Part shown: positions 10,253-19,692 of the stretch, one piece after another
Layout: each line of letters starts with the position of its first letter
Position numbering within the stretch: position 1 is the first letter of the stretch
Assembly (NCBI GenBank): GCA_963792785.1
Contig: CAWBXO010000001.1
Location: 531,336-595,335, forward strand
Origin: an uncultured Acidobacteriota bacterium
GTDB taxonomy: Bacteria; Acidobacteriota; Vicinamibacteria; Vicinamibacterales; CAVVIG01
Direction of reading: 5' to 3'
Length of the DNA: 64,000 nucleotides
Made by a program: the position numbers and the translations under genes
The notes under the pieces: generated by a model
Told to the model about the DNA's origin: nothing
The model's input: only the letters and a program-made list of their open reading frames with translations
The model's database searches: none

Positions 10253-11469
10253 CCCATCTCCGTGCCGAGCGCCTTCGCGACCGTGTGCACGTCCTTGTCG
10301 CCCCGGCCCGACAGGTTCACGAGCAGGATCGCGTCGCGTCCCAGCGTGGGCGCCAGCGTGCTCGCATAGGCAATCGCATGCGAGGACTCGAGCGCCGGCA
10401 GGATCCCCTCGAGCTTCGCCAGCGTCTGGAACGCGTCGAGGGCCTGCGTGTCGGTGACGGAGCCGTATTCGGCGCGTCCGAGCGCGCGCAGCCACGCGTG
10501 CTCGGGGCCGACGGCCGCGTAGTCGAGGCCCGCCGAGATCGAGTGCGTCGGCTCGATGTTCCCGTTCTCGTCCTGCAGCACGAACGTGCGCGTTCCCTGC
10601 AAGACGCCCGCGCTGCCGCCGGAGAAGCGCGCGGCATGCCGCCCGCGCACGATCGCCTCACCGCCCGCCTCGACGCCGATCAACCGGACGCCGCGATCCT
10701 CGATGAACGAATCGAAGATCCCCATGGCGTTGCTGCCACCGCCCACGCACGCCACGATCGCGGTCGGCAGCCTCCCGGTGCGCTCGAGGATCTGGGCTTT
10801 CGCCTCGCGGCCGATCACGGCCTGGAACTCGCGGACCATCAGCGGGTACGGATGCGGGCCGAGGACCGAGCCAAGCAGGTAATGCGTGTCGCCGACGTGC
10901 GTGACCCAGTCGCGCATCGCCTCGTTGATGGCGTCCTTCAGGGTCCGGCTGCCGCCGTCGACGCGCAGCACCTCCGCGCCGAGGAGCCGCATCCGGAAGA
11001 CGTTCAGCGCCTGGCGCGCCATGTCCTCGGCGCCCATGTAGACATGGCACTCGAGGCCCAGCAGCGCGCACGCCGTCGCCGTCGCCACGCCGTGCTGCCC
11101 CGCGCCGGTCTCAGCGACGATGCGGCGCTTGCCCATCCGGACGGCGAGGAGCGCCTGACCGAGGGCGTTGTTGATTTTGTGCGCGCCGGTGTGCGTCAGG
11201 TCCTCGCGCTTCAGGAACACGCGCGCGCCGCCCCACGCCTCGGTCAGGCGCGCGGCCTCGCTGAGCGGCGTCGGCCGCCCCACGTAATCCTTGAGCAGCC
11301 GATCCAGCTCTGCGTGAAACGCGGGATCCGCGCGCGCCTCGAGATATGCGCGCTCGAGCTGCTCCACCGGCTCGACCAGCGTCTCCGGCACGAACCGTCC
11401 GCCGAACTCGCCGAAATACCCGCGCGCGTCCGGATCGCGCCGGCCGGCCGCCGCCTCCGCAGGAGTCAT
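10249..11469 (-). CDS. trpB: Tryptophan synthase beta
   Basis: [17 protein letters not shown] lysine, [23 protein letters not shown]. Confidence 0.98.
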   Translation of the reverse strand: MTPAEAAAGRRDPDARGYFGEFGGRFVPETLVEPVEQLERAYLEARADPAFHAELDRLLKDYVGRPTPLSEAARLTEAWGGARVFLKREDLTHTGAHKINNALGQALLAVRMGKRRIVAETGAGQHGVATATACALLGLECHVYMGAEDMARQALNVFRMRLLGAEVLRVDGGSRTLKDAINEAMRDWVTHVGDTHYLLGSVLGPHPYPLMVREFQAVIGREAKAQILERTGRLPTAIVACVGGGSNAMGIFDSFIEDRGVRLIGVEAGGEAIVRGRHAARFSGGSAGVLQGTRTFVLQDENGNIEPTHSISAGLDYAAVGPEHAWLRALGRAEYGSVTDTQALDAFQTLAKLEGILPALESSHAIAYASTLAPTLGRDAILLVNLSGRGDKDVHTVAKALGTEMG

Positions 11470-12077
11470 CGCCCTTCCTCCGCCGCGGCCCGCGCGGCCG
11501 CGATCAGTGCCCGCATCTTTCCATGATCCTTCACCCCGGGCGCCGATTCCACCCCCGAGGACACGTCGATCCCGTACGGCCGCACCCGGGCAATGGCGTC
11601 GGCCACGTTCTCCGGCGTCAGTCCGCCGGCCAGCAGCAGGCGCCGCCGCCGGGCCAGCGCCGCCGCCGCGTCCCAGTCACCCGTCCGCCCGGTGCCACCG
11701 CGTCGCTCGCGATCGCGGGCGTCGAGCAGCAGCGTCACGCGCGCGGGCCAGCCCTCCGCGTCCGCTTCCCCGGCGACCGACTTGATCGCCGGCGCGACGA
11801 GCGCGGCCAGAACGCCGGGAGCCTCGTCGCCGTGCAGCTGCACGGCGCCCAGGCGGACGCGACTGGCGGTTTCGTTGACGGTCTCGACCGGCTGATCGAC
11901 GAACACGCCGACCGTGGTCACGAACGGCGGTAGCGCCGACGCGATCGCCCGCGCCGTGTCCGCGGTGATGCAGCGGGGGCTCTTCGGCCAGAAGATGAAG
12001 CCGAGCGCGTCGGCGCCCGCCTCGACGGCGGCCTCGGCGTCGGCCGCGCGGGTGATGCCGCAGATCTTGATCAGCAC
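11466..12077 (-). CDS. trpF: Phosphoribosylanthranilate isomerase
   Basis: [30 protein letters not shown]. Confidence 0.95.
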   Translation of the reverse strand: MLIKICGITRAADAEAAVEAGADALGFIFWPKSPRCITADTARAIASALPPFVTTVGVFVDQPVETVNETASRVRLGAVQLHGDEAPGVLAALVAPAIKSVAGEADAEGWPARVTLLLDARDRERRGGTGRTGDWDAAAALARRRRLLLAGGLTPENVADAIARVRPYGIDVSSGVESAPGVKDHGKMRALIAAARAAAEEGR

Positions 12078-12877
12078 GCCGCCCCCTCGCCGATCAGCCG
12101 CTCGAGCGCCGCCGCCGGATCCGGGTCGAGCATCAGGCGCTCGCCGACGAGGAAGGCGCGGTAGCCGAGGCCGCGCAGCCGCTGCAGGTCGGCGGCGCTC
12201 TTGAGGCCGCTTTCGCTCACCGCGATCACCCCGCGCGGAATCCGGGCGATCAGGCGATCGGACGCTGCCACATCGACCGCCAGCGTCCGCAGATTGCGAT
12301 TGTTGACGCCGACGATGCGCGCGCCCGCGTCGAGCGCCGGGGCCAGTTCGGCCTCGCCGTGCACTTCCACGAGTGCGTCGAGCCCGAGCTCCGTGGCGCG
12401 CCCCAGCAGGAATGCCAGTTCGGCGGGCTGGAGGGCCGCGACGATCAGCAGGACCGCCGCCGCGCCGTTGGCGCGGGCCTCGAAGAGCTGGTATTCCGAC
12501 ACCAGGAAGTCCTTCCTGAGCACCGGCAGCGCGACGGCGCCGCTGACCTCCCTGAGGTGGTCCAGCGATCCGTCGAAGAACGTCGGTTCAGTGAGGCACG
12601 AGATGGCCGCCGCGCCGCCGCGCTCGTACTGGCGCGCGATGGCCGCCGGCTCGTATGCCGCCATCAGGACGCCGCGCGACGGCGAGCGACGCTTGCACTC
12701 GGCGATGACGTTCACATGCCCCGGCCGCGCCAGCGCGGCCTCGAACCGCCCGCCCCGGGGCGCCACGGCCTCCGCCCGATGCGCGACCGCGGCCAGCGGC
12801 TCGCGGCTCGCGCGGGCCTCCACGGTTCGGCGCGTGGCCGCGACGATCGTCGCCAGCAGGTCCGCGTCGCGGCTCAC
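12071..12877 (-). CDS. trpC: Indole-3-glycerol phosphate synthase
   Basis: VIAECKRRSPSRG, LRKDF, GVNNRNL, VSESG; GTGA overlap with trpD. Confidence 0.95.
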   Translation of the reverse strand: MSRDADLLATIVAATRRTVEARASREPLAAVAHRAEAVAPRGGRFEAALARPGHVNVIAECKRRSPSRGVLMAAYEPAAIARQYERGGAAAISCLTEPTFFDGSLDHLREVSGAVALPVLRKDFLVSEYQLFEARANGAAAVLLIVAALQPAELAFLLGRATELGLDALVEVHGEAELAPALDAGARIVGVNNRNLRTLAVDVAASDRLIARIPRGVIAVSESGLKSAADLQRLRGLGYRAFLVGERLMLDPDPAAALERLIGEGAAC

Positions 12878-13905
12878 CGGCGCCCTCCGTCGACCGGCGT
12901 GTTCGACACGGACGCGAGGTGCTCGAGCACGGCCGCCGCTTTCCCGTCGTCGATGGCCGAGGCGGCCAGGGCCAGGCCGTCTTCGATCGACGCGACCGCG
13001 CCGGCCACGAACAGCGCCGCCGCCGCGTTGAGCCGCACGACGTCGCGCGCCCCGCCTCGCGCGCCGGCCAGCACGCGGCGGATGATGGCCGCATTCTCGG
13101 CGGCGTCGCCGCCCGCGATATCCGCCGCCGACGCCTTCGCGACCCCGACGTCCGAGGGGTGCAGGTAAAACGTCCGCACCGTGCCCTCGCGGCACTCCGA
13201 GATCTTGGTGTAGCCGGTCGGCGAAATCTCGTCGATCCCGTCGGCGCCGTGCACGACCCAGGCGCGCTCGGATCCCAGGAGCAGCAGCGCGCGCGCCACC
13301 AGTTCCGTGAACTCCGGACGCGGCACGCCGACGATCTGCCGCCGGGCACCCGCCGGGTTCGTCAGCGGCCCGAGCAGGTTGAACGCGGTGCGCACGCCAA
13401 GGTCCTTGCGCGCCTGCGCCGCGTGTTTCATGGCCGGGTGGAACGTCGGCGCGAAGAAGAACGCGATCCCCACCTCCTCCAGGCAGCGCTCGACGACGGC
13501 CGGCGGCGCCGTCACGGCCACGCCCAGGGCCTCGAACACGTCCGCGCTGCCCGATCGGCTCGAGACCGACCGGTTGCCGTGCTTCGCGACCCGGACGCCG
13601 CAGGCCGCCACCACCAGCGCCGCGCAGGTCGAGATGTTGAACGTGCCGGAGCGATCGCCGCCGGTGCCGCACGTGTCGAACACCGGATCGAACCGCTTCG
13701 ACGGCTGGATCGCGTGCGCGCGCATCACGCGGGCCAGGCCCACGATCTCGGCCGGCCGCTCGCCCTTCATCGCGAGGCCGACGAGGAGGCCCGCCAGCTG
13801 CGCCGGCGCGGCCCGGCCCTCCATCACCTCGGTCATCGCGGCCGCGGCTTCCTCGGTCGTGAGGTCCTCGCGGCGCGTCAGCTTCTCGATCAGGTTCGCA
13901 AACAT
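12874..13905 (-). CDS. trpD: Anthranilate phosphoribosyltransferase
   Basis: DTCGTGGD, FNIST, KHGNRSVSSRSGSAD, FNLLGPLTNP. Confidence 0.97.
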   Translation of the reverse strand: MFANLIEKLTRREDLTTEEAAAAMTEVMEGRAAPAQLAGLLVGLAMKGERPAEIVGLARVMRAHAIQPSKRFDPVFDTCGTGGDRSGTFNISTCAALVVAACGVRVAKHGNRSVSSRSGSADVFEALGVAVTAPPAVVERCLEEVGIAFFFAPTFHPAMKHAAQARKDLGVRTAFNLLGPLTNPAGARRQIVGVPRPEFTELVARALLLLGSERAWVVHGADGIDEISPTGYTKISECREGTVRTFYLHPSDVGVAKASAADIAGGDAAENAAIIRRVLAGARGGARDVVRLNAAAALFVAGAVASIEDGLALAASAIDDGKAAAVLEHLASVSNTPVDGGRR

Positions 13906-13912
13906 GGCGGCC

Positions 13913-14485
13913 TCAGCGGCGATCCTCGAGGAAGTTGCGGAGGATCCGGTGTCCCTCGCCCGTCAGAATCGACTCCGGATGGAACTGCACGCCGACGATC
14001 GGAAACGTCCGGTGCCTCAGGCCCATGATCGTGCCGTCCTCCCGCGTGCGCGCGGTGATCTCGAGGACGTCCGGCAGCCCGGCCTCCGCCACGACCAGCG
14101 AGTGATACCGGGACGCCACGAACGGCCCATCGATGCCGGTGAACACGCCGGCCGCGTTGTGCTCGATTGTGGATGTCTTGCCGTGCATCGGCACCGAGGC
14201 GCGGACGACGTTCCCGCCGAAGGCGGCGCCGATCGCCTGATGGCCCAGGCAGACGCCGAGAATCGGCGTCCGGTCCCCCAGCGCCCGGATCAGCGCGATC
14301 GTCACGCCGGCGTCCTCGGGCCGCCCCGGACCCGGCGAGATCACGATGCGCTCCGGCTGCCGCGCGGCGATCTCGCCGACGGTCGCGGCGTCGTTGCGCG
14401 TGACCTCGACCTGCGCGCCGAGTTCGCCCAGGTACTGCACGAGGTTGTAGGTAAACGAATCGTAGTTATCGAGAACGAGCACCAT
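13913..14485 (-). CDS. trpG: Anthranilate synthase component II (glutamine amidotransferase)
   Basis: LDNYDSFTYNL, SPGPG, GVCLGHQ, GVQFHPES. Confidence 0.95.
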   Translation of the reverse strand: MVLVLDNYDSFTYNLVQYLGELGAQVEVTRNDAATVGEIAARQPERIVISPGPGRPEDAGVTIALIRALGDRTPILGVCLGHQAIGAAFGGNVVRASVPMHGKTSTIEHNAAGVFTGIDGPFVASRYHSLVVAEAGLPDVLEITARTREDGTIMGLRHRTFPIVGVQFHPESILTGEGHRILRNFLEDRR

Positions 14486-14487
14486 GA

Positions 14488-15960
14488 CTAGAGTCCCTGC
14501 TCGGCCAGCTCGAGCGCCCGCAGGAGCGCCCGCGCCTTGTCGCGCGTCTCTTCGTATTCGGCCGTGGGGTTCGAATCCATCACGATACCCGCGCCCGCCT
14601 GCACGTACGCCTTCCCCCCCGACATGATCACCGTCCGGATCGCGATGCAGAAATCGAGGTTGCCCGCGAAATCGACGTAGCCCACGGCGCCGGCGTACAG
14701 GCCGCGCCCCGACGGCTCGAGGTCGCGGATGATCTGCATCGCCCGCACTTTCGGCGCCCCCGACACGGTGCCGGCCGGGAAGCACGACACCAGCGCGTCG
14801 AGCCGATCGCGATCCGACGCCAGCCGGCCCTCGACGATCGAGGTCAGGTGCATCACGTGCGAGAAGCGCTCGAGGCCCATGAACTGCGGCACGCGCACCG
14901 AGCCGAACTCGCAGACGCGCCCGACGTCGTTGCGCCCGAGGTCGACGAGCATCACGTGCTCGGAGCGTTCCTTCTCGTTGCGCTTCAGCTCCTCGGCCAG
15001 CCGCTGATCCTCCTCCGCGGACTTGCCCCGAGGCCGCGTCCCGGCGATCGGGTGCGTTTCCACGCGCGAGCCCTCGACGCGCACGAGCATCTCGGGCGAG
15101 GATCCGACGACCGACACGCCGCCCATGCGGATGAAATACATGTAGGGCGACGGATTCACGTGGCGCAGCGCGCGATACACCGTGAAGGGGTCGGCCGTGA
15201 CGTCGGCCTCGAAGCGCTGCGACAGGACGACCTGATAGATGTCGCCCGCCGCGATGTGCTCCTTCGCGGTCCGGACGTTGGCCTCGAACGCCTCGCGCGT
15301 GTGGTTCGACCGGAACTGCACGTCGCCGCCGCGGGCCGGGCGCCCGCGCGACAGGCTGCGCTCGAGCTCCCGCTCGAGGAACTGGATCTTGGCGCACGCG
15401 AACTGATAGAGCGCCTCGAGGTCGTCGTCCGCCGTGACGCGCGCGTTCGCGATGATCAGGATCCGGTGCTGCACGTGATCGAACGCGAGCACCGTATCGA
15501 ACAGCATGAACCCCGCGTCGTCCGCCGCGTCGGGCGAGGTGCCCAGGTCCCCGAGCACCGGCTCGAACCACGTCGACGCGCCGTAGCCGAAGTAGCCCAC
15601 CGCGCCGCCGGTGAACCGCGGCAGGTCGGGCACGAACGGCGACCGGTAGTCCGCCATCAGGCCGCGGAGCGTCTCGACGAACGGGCGCTCGCTCTCGGTG
15701 ATCGTCCCGTTCCGCTCGATCGTCGTGCGGCCGCCGCGGGCGCGCAGGATGAGGAACGGGTCCTTTCCGAGGAACGAGTACCGCCCCACGTGCTCCCCGC
15801 CCTCGACGCTCTCGAGCAGGAAGGCGTAATCGGCGTCTTCGGCGATCGCGAGGAACGCGGACACCGGCGTCAGGAGGTCGGCGACGATCTCCTTGCAGAC
15901 CGGCACGAACGTGCCGCGCCGCGCGAGCTCCTTGAATGTGTCGAACGACGTGATTTTCAT
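14488..15960 (-). CDS. trpE: Anthranilate synthase component I
   Basis: FLLESVEGG, GDIYQVVLSQRF, NPSPYMY, EHVMLVDLGRND, PAGTVSGAPK. Confidence 0.97.
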   Translation of the reverse strand: MKITSFDTFKELARRGTFVPVCKEIVADLLTPVSAFLAIAEDADYAFLLESVEGGEHVGRYSFLGKDPFLILRARGGRTTIERNGTITESERPFVETLRGLMADYRSPFVPDLPRFTGGAVGYFGYGASTWFEPVLGDLGTSPDAADDAGFMLFDTVLAFDHVQHRILIIANARVTADDDLEALYQFACAKIQFLERELERSLSRGRPARGGDVQFRSNHTREAFEANVRTAKEHIAAGDIYQVVLSQRFEADVTADPFTVYRALRHVNPSPYMYFIRMGGVSVVGSSPEMLVRVEGSRVETHPIAGTRPRGKSAEEDQRLAEELKRNEKERSEHVMLVDLGRNDVGRVCEFGSVRVPQFMGLERFSHVMHLTSIVEGRLASDRDRLDALVSCFPAGTVSGAPKVRAMQIIRDLEPSGRGLYAGAVGYVDFAGNLDFCIAIRTVIMSGGKAYVQAGAGIVMDSNPTAEYEETRDKARALLRALELAEQGL

Positions 15961-17408
15961 CGGTTGAACTCCGCGAGCGCGTGCGCGGCGGCCTCGCGCA
16001 TGAGGGCGGCCGGCGGCCGCGTGCCCGTCCACCACTCGAACTGGTCCCGCGCCTGCGCGACCAGCATCTCCAGGCCGCCGATAACGCGACAGCCGGCCCG
16101 CTCCGCGTCCGCGAGCAGGCGCGTGCTCGCCGGGTTGTACACAAGGTCGTACACGGTGTCGCCGGTGAGGCCCTCGGCCGGCATCGGCGACTCGTCCACG
16201 CGCGGGTGCATGCCGATCGGCGTGCAGTTGACCAGGAGGTCCCAGCTGCCCGGCTCCGGCGGCCACGGGCCGGTCGCGCCGTCCACGAGCACGGCCACCA
16301 GTTCGGCGCGGCTCTGCTGACGGGCGTGGACGCGGACCGTCGCGCCGCTCGACGCGAGGGCCACGGCCACGCTGCGCGCCGATCCGCCGGCGCCCAGAAT
16401 CGACGCGCGCCGCCCGCGCAGCGCCGACGCGTCGCCGAGCGGTGCGAGAAAGCCGCCCACGTCCGTATTGCCGCCGAGCCAGCGCCCGTCCACCATCGAA
16501 ATGGTGTTCACGGCGCCGATACGGCGAGCGATCGAATAGACCTCGTCGACCCGATCGCAGAGGTCCACTTTATAGGGCGTCGTCACGCTGGCGCCCTTCA
16601 CGCCGAGCCCGCGGGCGAAGGTCATGAAGTCGTCGGCGTCCGCCGCCGCGAACGGCAGATACACGGCGTCGCGACGGATCGCCTGGAACGCCGTGTTGTG
16701 CATGGCCGGCGAGACCGAGTGCGCGACGGGCTGGCCGACCAGGCCATAGACCTCGGTGGCGTCGCCGATGCTGCGGAACCGGTACAGATCGAGCAGCGCC
16801 GCAGCCGACAACTGACCGACCGCCCGCTCGTCGCCGGCGTACGTCCACGCCGATCCGATCCGCGAGGCCAGCACCCGCGTCGCGACACCGGCCTCGCCCA
16901 TCCCGATGAGGACGACGGCTCCGTCGCGCGCGACACGCGGGCCGAGCGTGAACAGCGCGAGCGCGTCGGAGAGCCGGCGCGCCTGCACGGCCACCTTCAC
17001 GACCTCCGCACCGGTGGACCGCATCGCGCGGATCCGGTCCTCGAGGTCCGCGGGCACGCCGTCGAAATCGTGGCTCGAGAGGATCACGCGGCGGCCGGCC
17101 GTGCGCGCGACCAGGTCGTCGAATCCCGCGCGCCATTCGACGTCGACGTACTCGGCGCCGAGCGCGACCGCCTCACCGAGGAGGCGGCGCCGCTCTTCCT
17201 CACTGCCCGTGAAGCGGCCGCCCTCCCACGCGGGGCGGCAGGTGACGACGACCGGGACGCGGCGTCCGGCGAGCGCCCCGCCGACGTTCGGATCAGAGAC
17301 CGCGTCGAGGCGCAACTCGACCAGATCGGCGTCCGCGACCTCGTCGCGCCGCCGTCTGAGCTCGGCCGTCGTGCCGGCCGTCACGGTGATACACACGCGT
17401 GTGCGCAT
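15957..17408 (-). CDS. aroDE: Bifunctional type I 3-dehydroquinate dehydratase / shikimate dehydrogenase (AroDE)
   Basis: N-terminal DLVELRLD...TCR...EGG...SSHDF (DHQase I); C-terminal HSVSPAMHN, SVTTPYK, GAVNT, NTD, GAGGSA, YDLVYNP (AroE). Confidence 0.92.
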   Translation of the reverse strand: MRTRVCITVTAGTTAELRRRRDEVADADLVELRLDAVSDPNVGGALAGRRVPVVVTCRPAWEGGRFTGSEEERRRLLGEAVALGAEYVDVEWRAGFDDLVARTAGRRVILSSHDFDGVPADLEDRIRAMRSTGAEVVKVAVQARRLSDALALFTLGPRVARDGAVVLIGMGEAGVATRVLASRIGSAWTYAGDERAVGQLSAAALLDLYRFRSIGDATEVYGLVGQPVAHSVSPAMHNTAFQAIRRDAVYLPFAAADADDFMTFARGLGVKGASVTTPYKVDLCDRVDEVYSIARRIGAVNTISMVDGRWLGGNTDVGGFLAPLGDASALRGRRASILGAGGSARSVAVALASSGATVRVHARQQSRAELVAVLVDGATGPWPPEPGSWDLLVNCTPIGMHPRVDESPMPAEGLTGDTVYDLVYNPASTRLLADAERAGCRVIGGLEMLVAQARDQFEWWTGTRPPAALMREAAAHALAEFNR

Positions 17409-17412
17409 AAAT

Positions 17413-17450
17413 AAAAAAAGCCTCTTCAACCAGGAAGGATGAAGAGGCTT
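17413..17450 (-). terminator. Intrinsic terminator of the aro/trp attenuator
   Basis: Minus strand AAGCCTCTTCA-N11-TGAAGAGGCTT followed by T-tract, a few nt before the aroDE ATG. Confidence 0.88.
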
Positions 17451-17476
17451 GGGAAACTCCGCCGCACGGTGGCAGT

Positions 17477-17572
17477 TCAGGCCAAGGCGGTCGCCTCTTC
17501 AGAGAAGCCCCAATACCACCGCCACGCGGACGTCGTCGTCAGCGCCGACAGCTCAAAACCGTGCGGAGACAT
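17477..17572 (-). CDS. trpL: Attenuator leader peptide, 31 aa MSPHGFELSALTTTSAWRWYWGFSEEATALA
   Basis: Hand-translated; three Trp codons within W-R-W-Y-W; contains TGAAGAGGC complementary to the terminator 5' arm. Confidence 0.85.
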   Translation of the reverse strand: MSPHGFELSALTTTSAWRWYWGFSEEATALA

Positions 17573-17666
17573 GGGTTCTCGGCCAGCCACAATGGAAGCG
17601 ACGATAGCCCATTTCTCCTTGACCCGCAAGCACTTCTTTCCGAATGTATAATGGCTTCAGGCACCC

Positions 17667-19547
17667 ATGACAGCACGGTTTTTCCCGGTCCTGACGTTCG
17701 TGCTGGCCGGAGGGCTGGGCGTCGCGACCCTCTCGCTGCAGGCGCAGACCCCGGCGGCCGCCACCGGCGTCATGGCGACCTCGGAGGTGCGGCCCGGGAT
17801 GGTGGGGATCGGCCGCACGGTCTTCGAGGGCACGCACGTCGAGGAGTTCCAGGCGCACATCCTCGGCGTCCTGCAGAACCTCATGGGCCCGAACCGCACG
17901 CTGATCATCGCGCGGCTCGAAGGCGGCCCCCTCGCCGACACCGGCGTCATCGCCGGCATGAGCGGCAGCCCGGTCTACATCGACGGCCGCCTCATCGGCG
18001 CCGTCTCCTACTCGCTCGGCAGCTTCTCGAAGGAGCCGCTCGCCGGCATCACGCCGATCTCGGAGATGATCGACGCGACGGCGCTCGATCGCCCGCGCCC
18101 GGCGGGCGCGCGCGTGCACCTCGACTTCCCGGCGGCGCCCGGCGCCCTGGTCGCCGCCTTCCGGCGCGCGCTCAACTGGAACCGGCCCTTCGCCGACCGC
18201 GCGGGCGACAGCCGCCTGCTCGGCGCCGCGAGCGTTTCGGGCCTCGACGCCGGCGAGCTCGGCACGCTGCTGCGGCCGATTGCGACGCCGCTCGTCATGT
18301 CGGGGTTCGACGCCGACGTGGCCGATCTGCTGGGCTCGGCGTTCCGCGATCAGGGTTTCGTGCCGATGGGCGGCGGCGGTCCGGCGGGCCCGGCCCCCGG
18401 CGAGATGCCGTACGAGGGCCCGCTCAAGCCGGGTGACGCCGTCGGCGTCGAGCTCGTCAACGGCGACCTCCTGCTCGGCGCGACCGGCACGATCACGCAG
18501 GTCGACGGCGATCGCGTCTACGCGTTCGGCCATCCGCTCTACAACCTCGGGCCGACCGAATTTCCGATGACGCGCGCGTACGTCTACACGGTGCTCCCGA
18601 GCCTCTCGTCGTCGATGAAGCTGTCGTCGACCGGCGAAGTGATCGGCACGTTCCTGCAGGATCGCGCGACCGCGATCGCCGGCCGGCTCGGCAAGGGCCC
18701 GCGGATGATTCCGGTGACCATCACGCTCGACTCCGAGCGCGATCAGCCACGGACCTTCCATTTCGGCGTCGTGCGCGATCAGCTCTTCACGCCGCTCATG
18801 GCCTACACCACGATCCTCAACACGATCGGGTCCTACGAGCGGCAGATGGGCACGGCGACCTACGAGGTGTCGGGCTCCGCGTCGCTCCGCTCGCACGAGG
18901 CCATCACGTTCGACAACCTCTTCTCGGGCGACTCGGCGTCGATGGGCGCGGCCGCCTACGTCGTGGCGCCGATCACGTTCCTGATGGACAACGAGTTCGA
19001 GACGGTCGACGTCGAGCAGATCGATCTCACGATCCACGCGAGCGAGGAGCCGCGCACGGCGACGCTCGAGCGCGTGTGGCTCGACGACCCGCGGCCGCGG
19101 CCCGGGCACGTCGTGCCGTTGAAGGTCCTGCTCCGCACCTACCGCGGCGAGGACGTCCTGCGCACCCTGCCGATCCGGATCCCCGAGAACGCCACCGGCA
19201 CGCTGTCGCTGGTCGTGGCCGACGGCGAGCGGCTGGGCGAGGCCGAACAGCGCGAGGCGCGGATGCCGCAGCAGACGCGGGACGTCGCGCAGACGATTCG
19301 CGCCCTCAACCGGGCGCGGCGCAACAACACGCTCTACGTGAAGCTGCTCGGCGCGCAGTCCGGCGCGGTGGTCGGCGGCGAGCTCCTGCCCGCGCTGCCG
19401 CCCTCCGTCCTCGCGGTCCTGCAGGCGGATCGCAACAGCGGCAGCTTCAACCCGCTCTACAGCACGACGCTCGGTGAATGGGAGCTGCCGACCGAGCACG
19501 CCGTGAGCGGCGCCCGGACCCTGACGGTGACCGTCGCGCCGAACTAA
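17667..19547 (+). CDS. Exported SpoIVB-like peptidase (S55 family)
   Basis: Signal peptide; GVIAGMSGSPVYIDGRLIGAVS; AFGHP; TATAAT at 17647-17652 upstream. Confidence 0.85.
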   Translation: MTARFFPVLTFVLAGGLGVATLSLQAQTPAAATGVMATSEVRPGMVGIGRTVFEGTHVEEFQAHILGVLQNLMGPNRTLIIARLEGGPLADTGVIAGMSGSPVYIDGRLIGAVSYSLGSFSKEPLAGITPISEMIDATALDRPRPAGARVHLDFPAAPGALVAAFRRALNWNRPFADRAGDSRLLGAASVSGLDAGELGTLLRPIATPLVMSGFDADVADLLGSAFRDQGFVPMGGGGPAGPAPGEMPYEGPLKPGDAVGVELVNGDLLLGATGTITQVDGDRVYAFGHPLYNLGPTEFPMTRAYVYTVLPSLSSSMKLSSTGEVIGTFLQDRATAIAGRLGKGPRMIPVTITLDSERDQPRTFHFGVVRDQLFTPLMAYTTILNTIGSYERQMGTATYEVSGSASLRSHEAITFDNLFSGDSASMGAAAYVVAPITFLMDNEFETVDVEQIDLTIHASEEPRTATLERVWLDDPRPRPGHVVPLKVLLRTYRGEDVLRTLPIRIPENATGTLSLVVADGERLGEAEQREARMPQQTRDVAQTIRALNRARRNNTLYVKLLGAQSGAVVGGELLPALPPSVLAVLQADRNSGSFNPLYSTTLGEWELPTEHAVSGARTLTVTVAPN

Positions 19548-19550
19548 CTC

Positions 19551-19690
19551 GGGATTGGGGATTAGGGGATAGGGATTAGTTGACTCACACTGCGACGCTG
19601 CGCCAGTAACAGCGAGATCCTAATCGCCAATCCCAACCTCAACTTCTAAGCCCTAACCCCTAAGCCCTAACCCCTAAGCCCTAACCCCTA
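19551..19690. repeat. Heptameric tandem repeats with inverted arms
   Basis: GGGATTGGGGATTAGGGGATAGGG at 19551-19574; 16-bp inverted match (1 mismatch) at 19619-19634; alternating CCCTAAC/CCCTAAG at 19646-19690. Confidence 0.85.
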
Positions 19691-19692
19691 CA

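Noticed and set aside
17409-17660. T-box riboswitch upstream of the trp operon; 70-aa + strand ORF 17439-17651
   Set aside because: No T-box consensus recognised; leader peptide plus alternative hairpins explain the region, and the + ORF is antisense to it.
19646-19690. CRISPR array or true telomere
   Set aside because: Short contiguous tandem repeat without spacers or cas genes, internal to a gene cluster.
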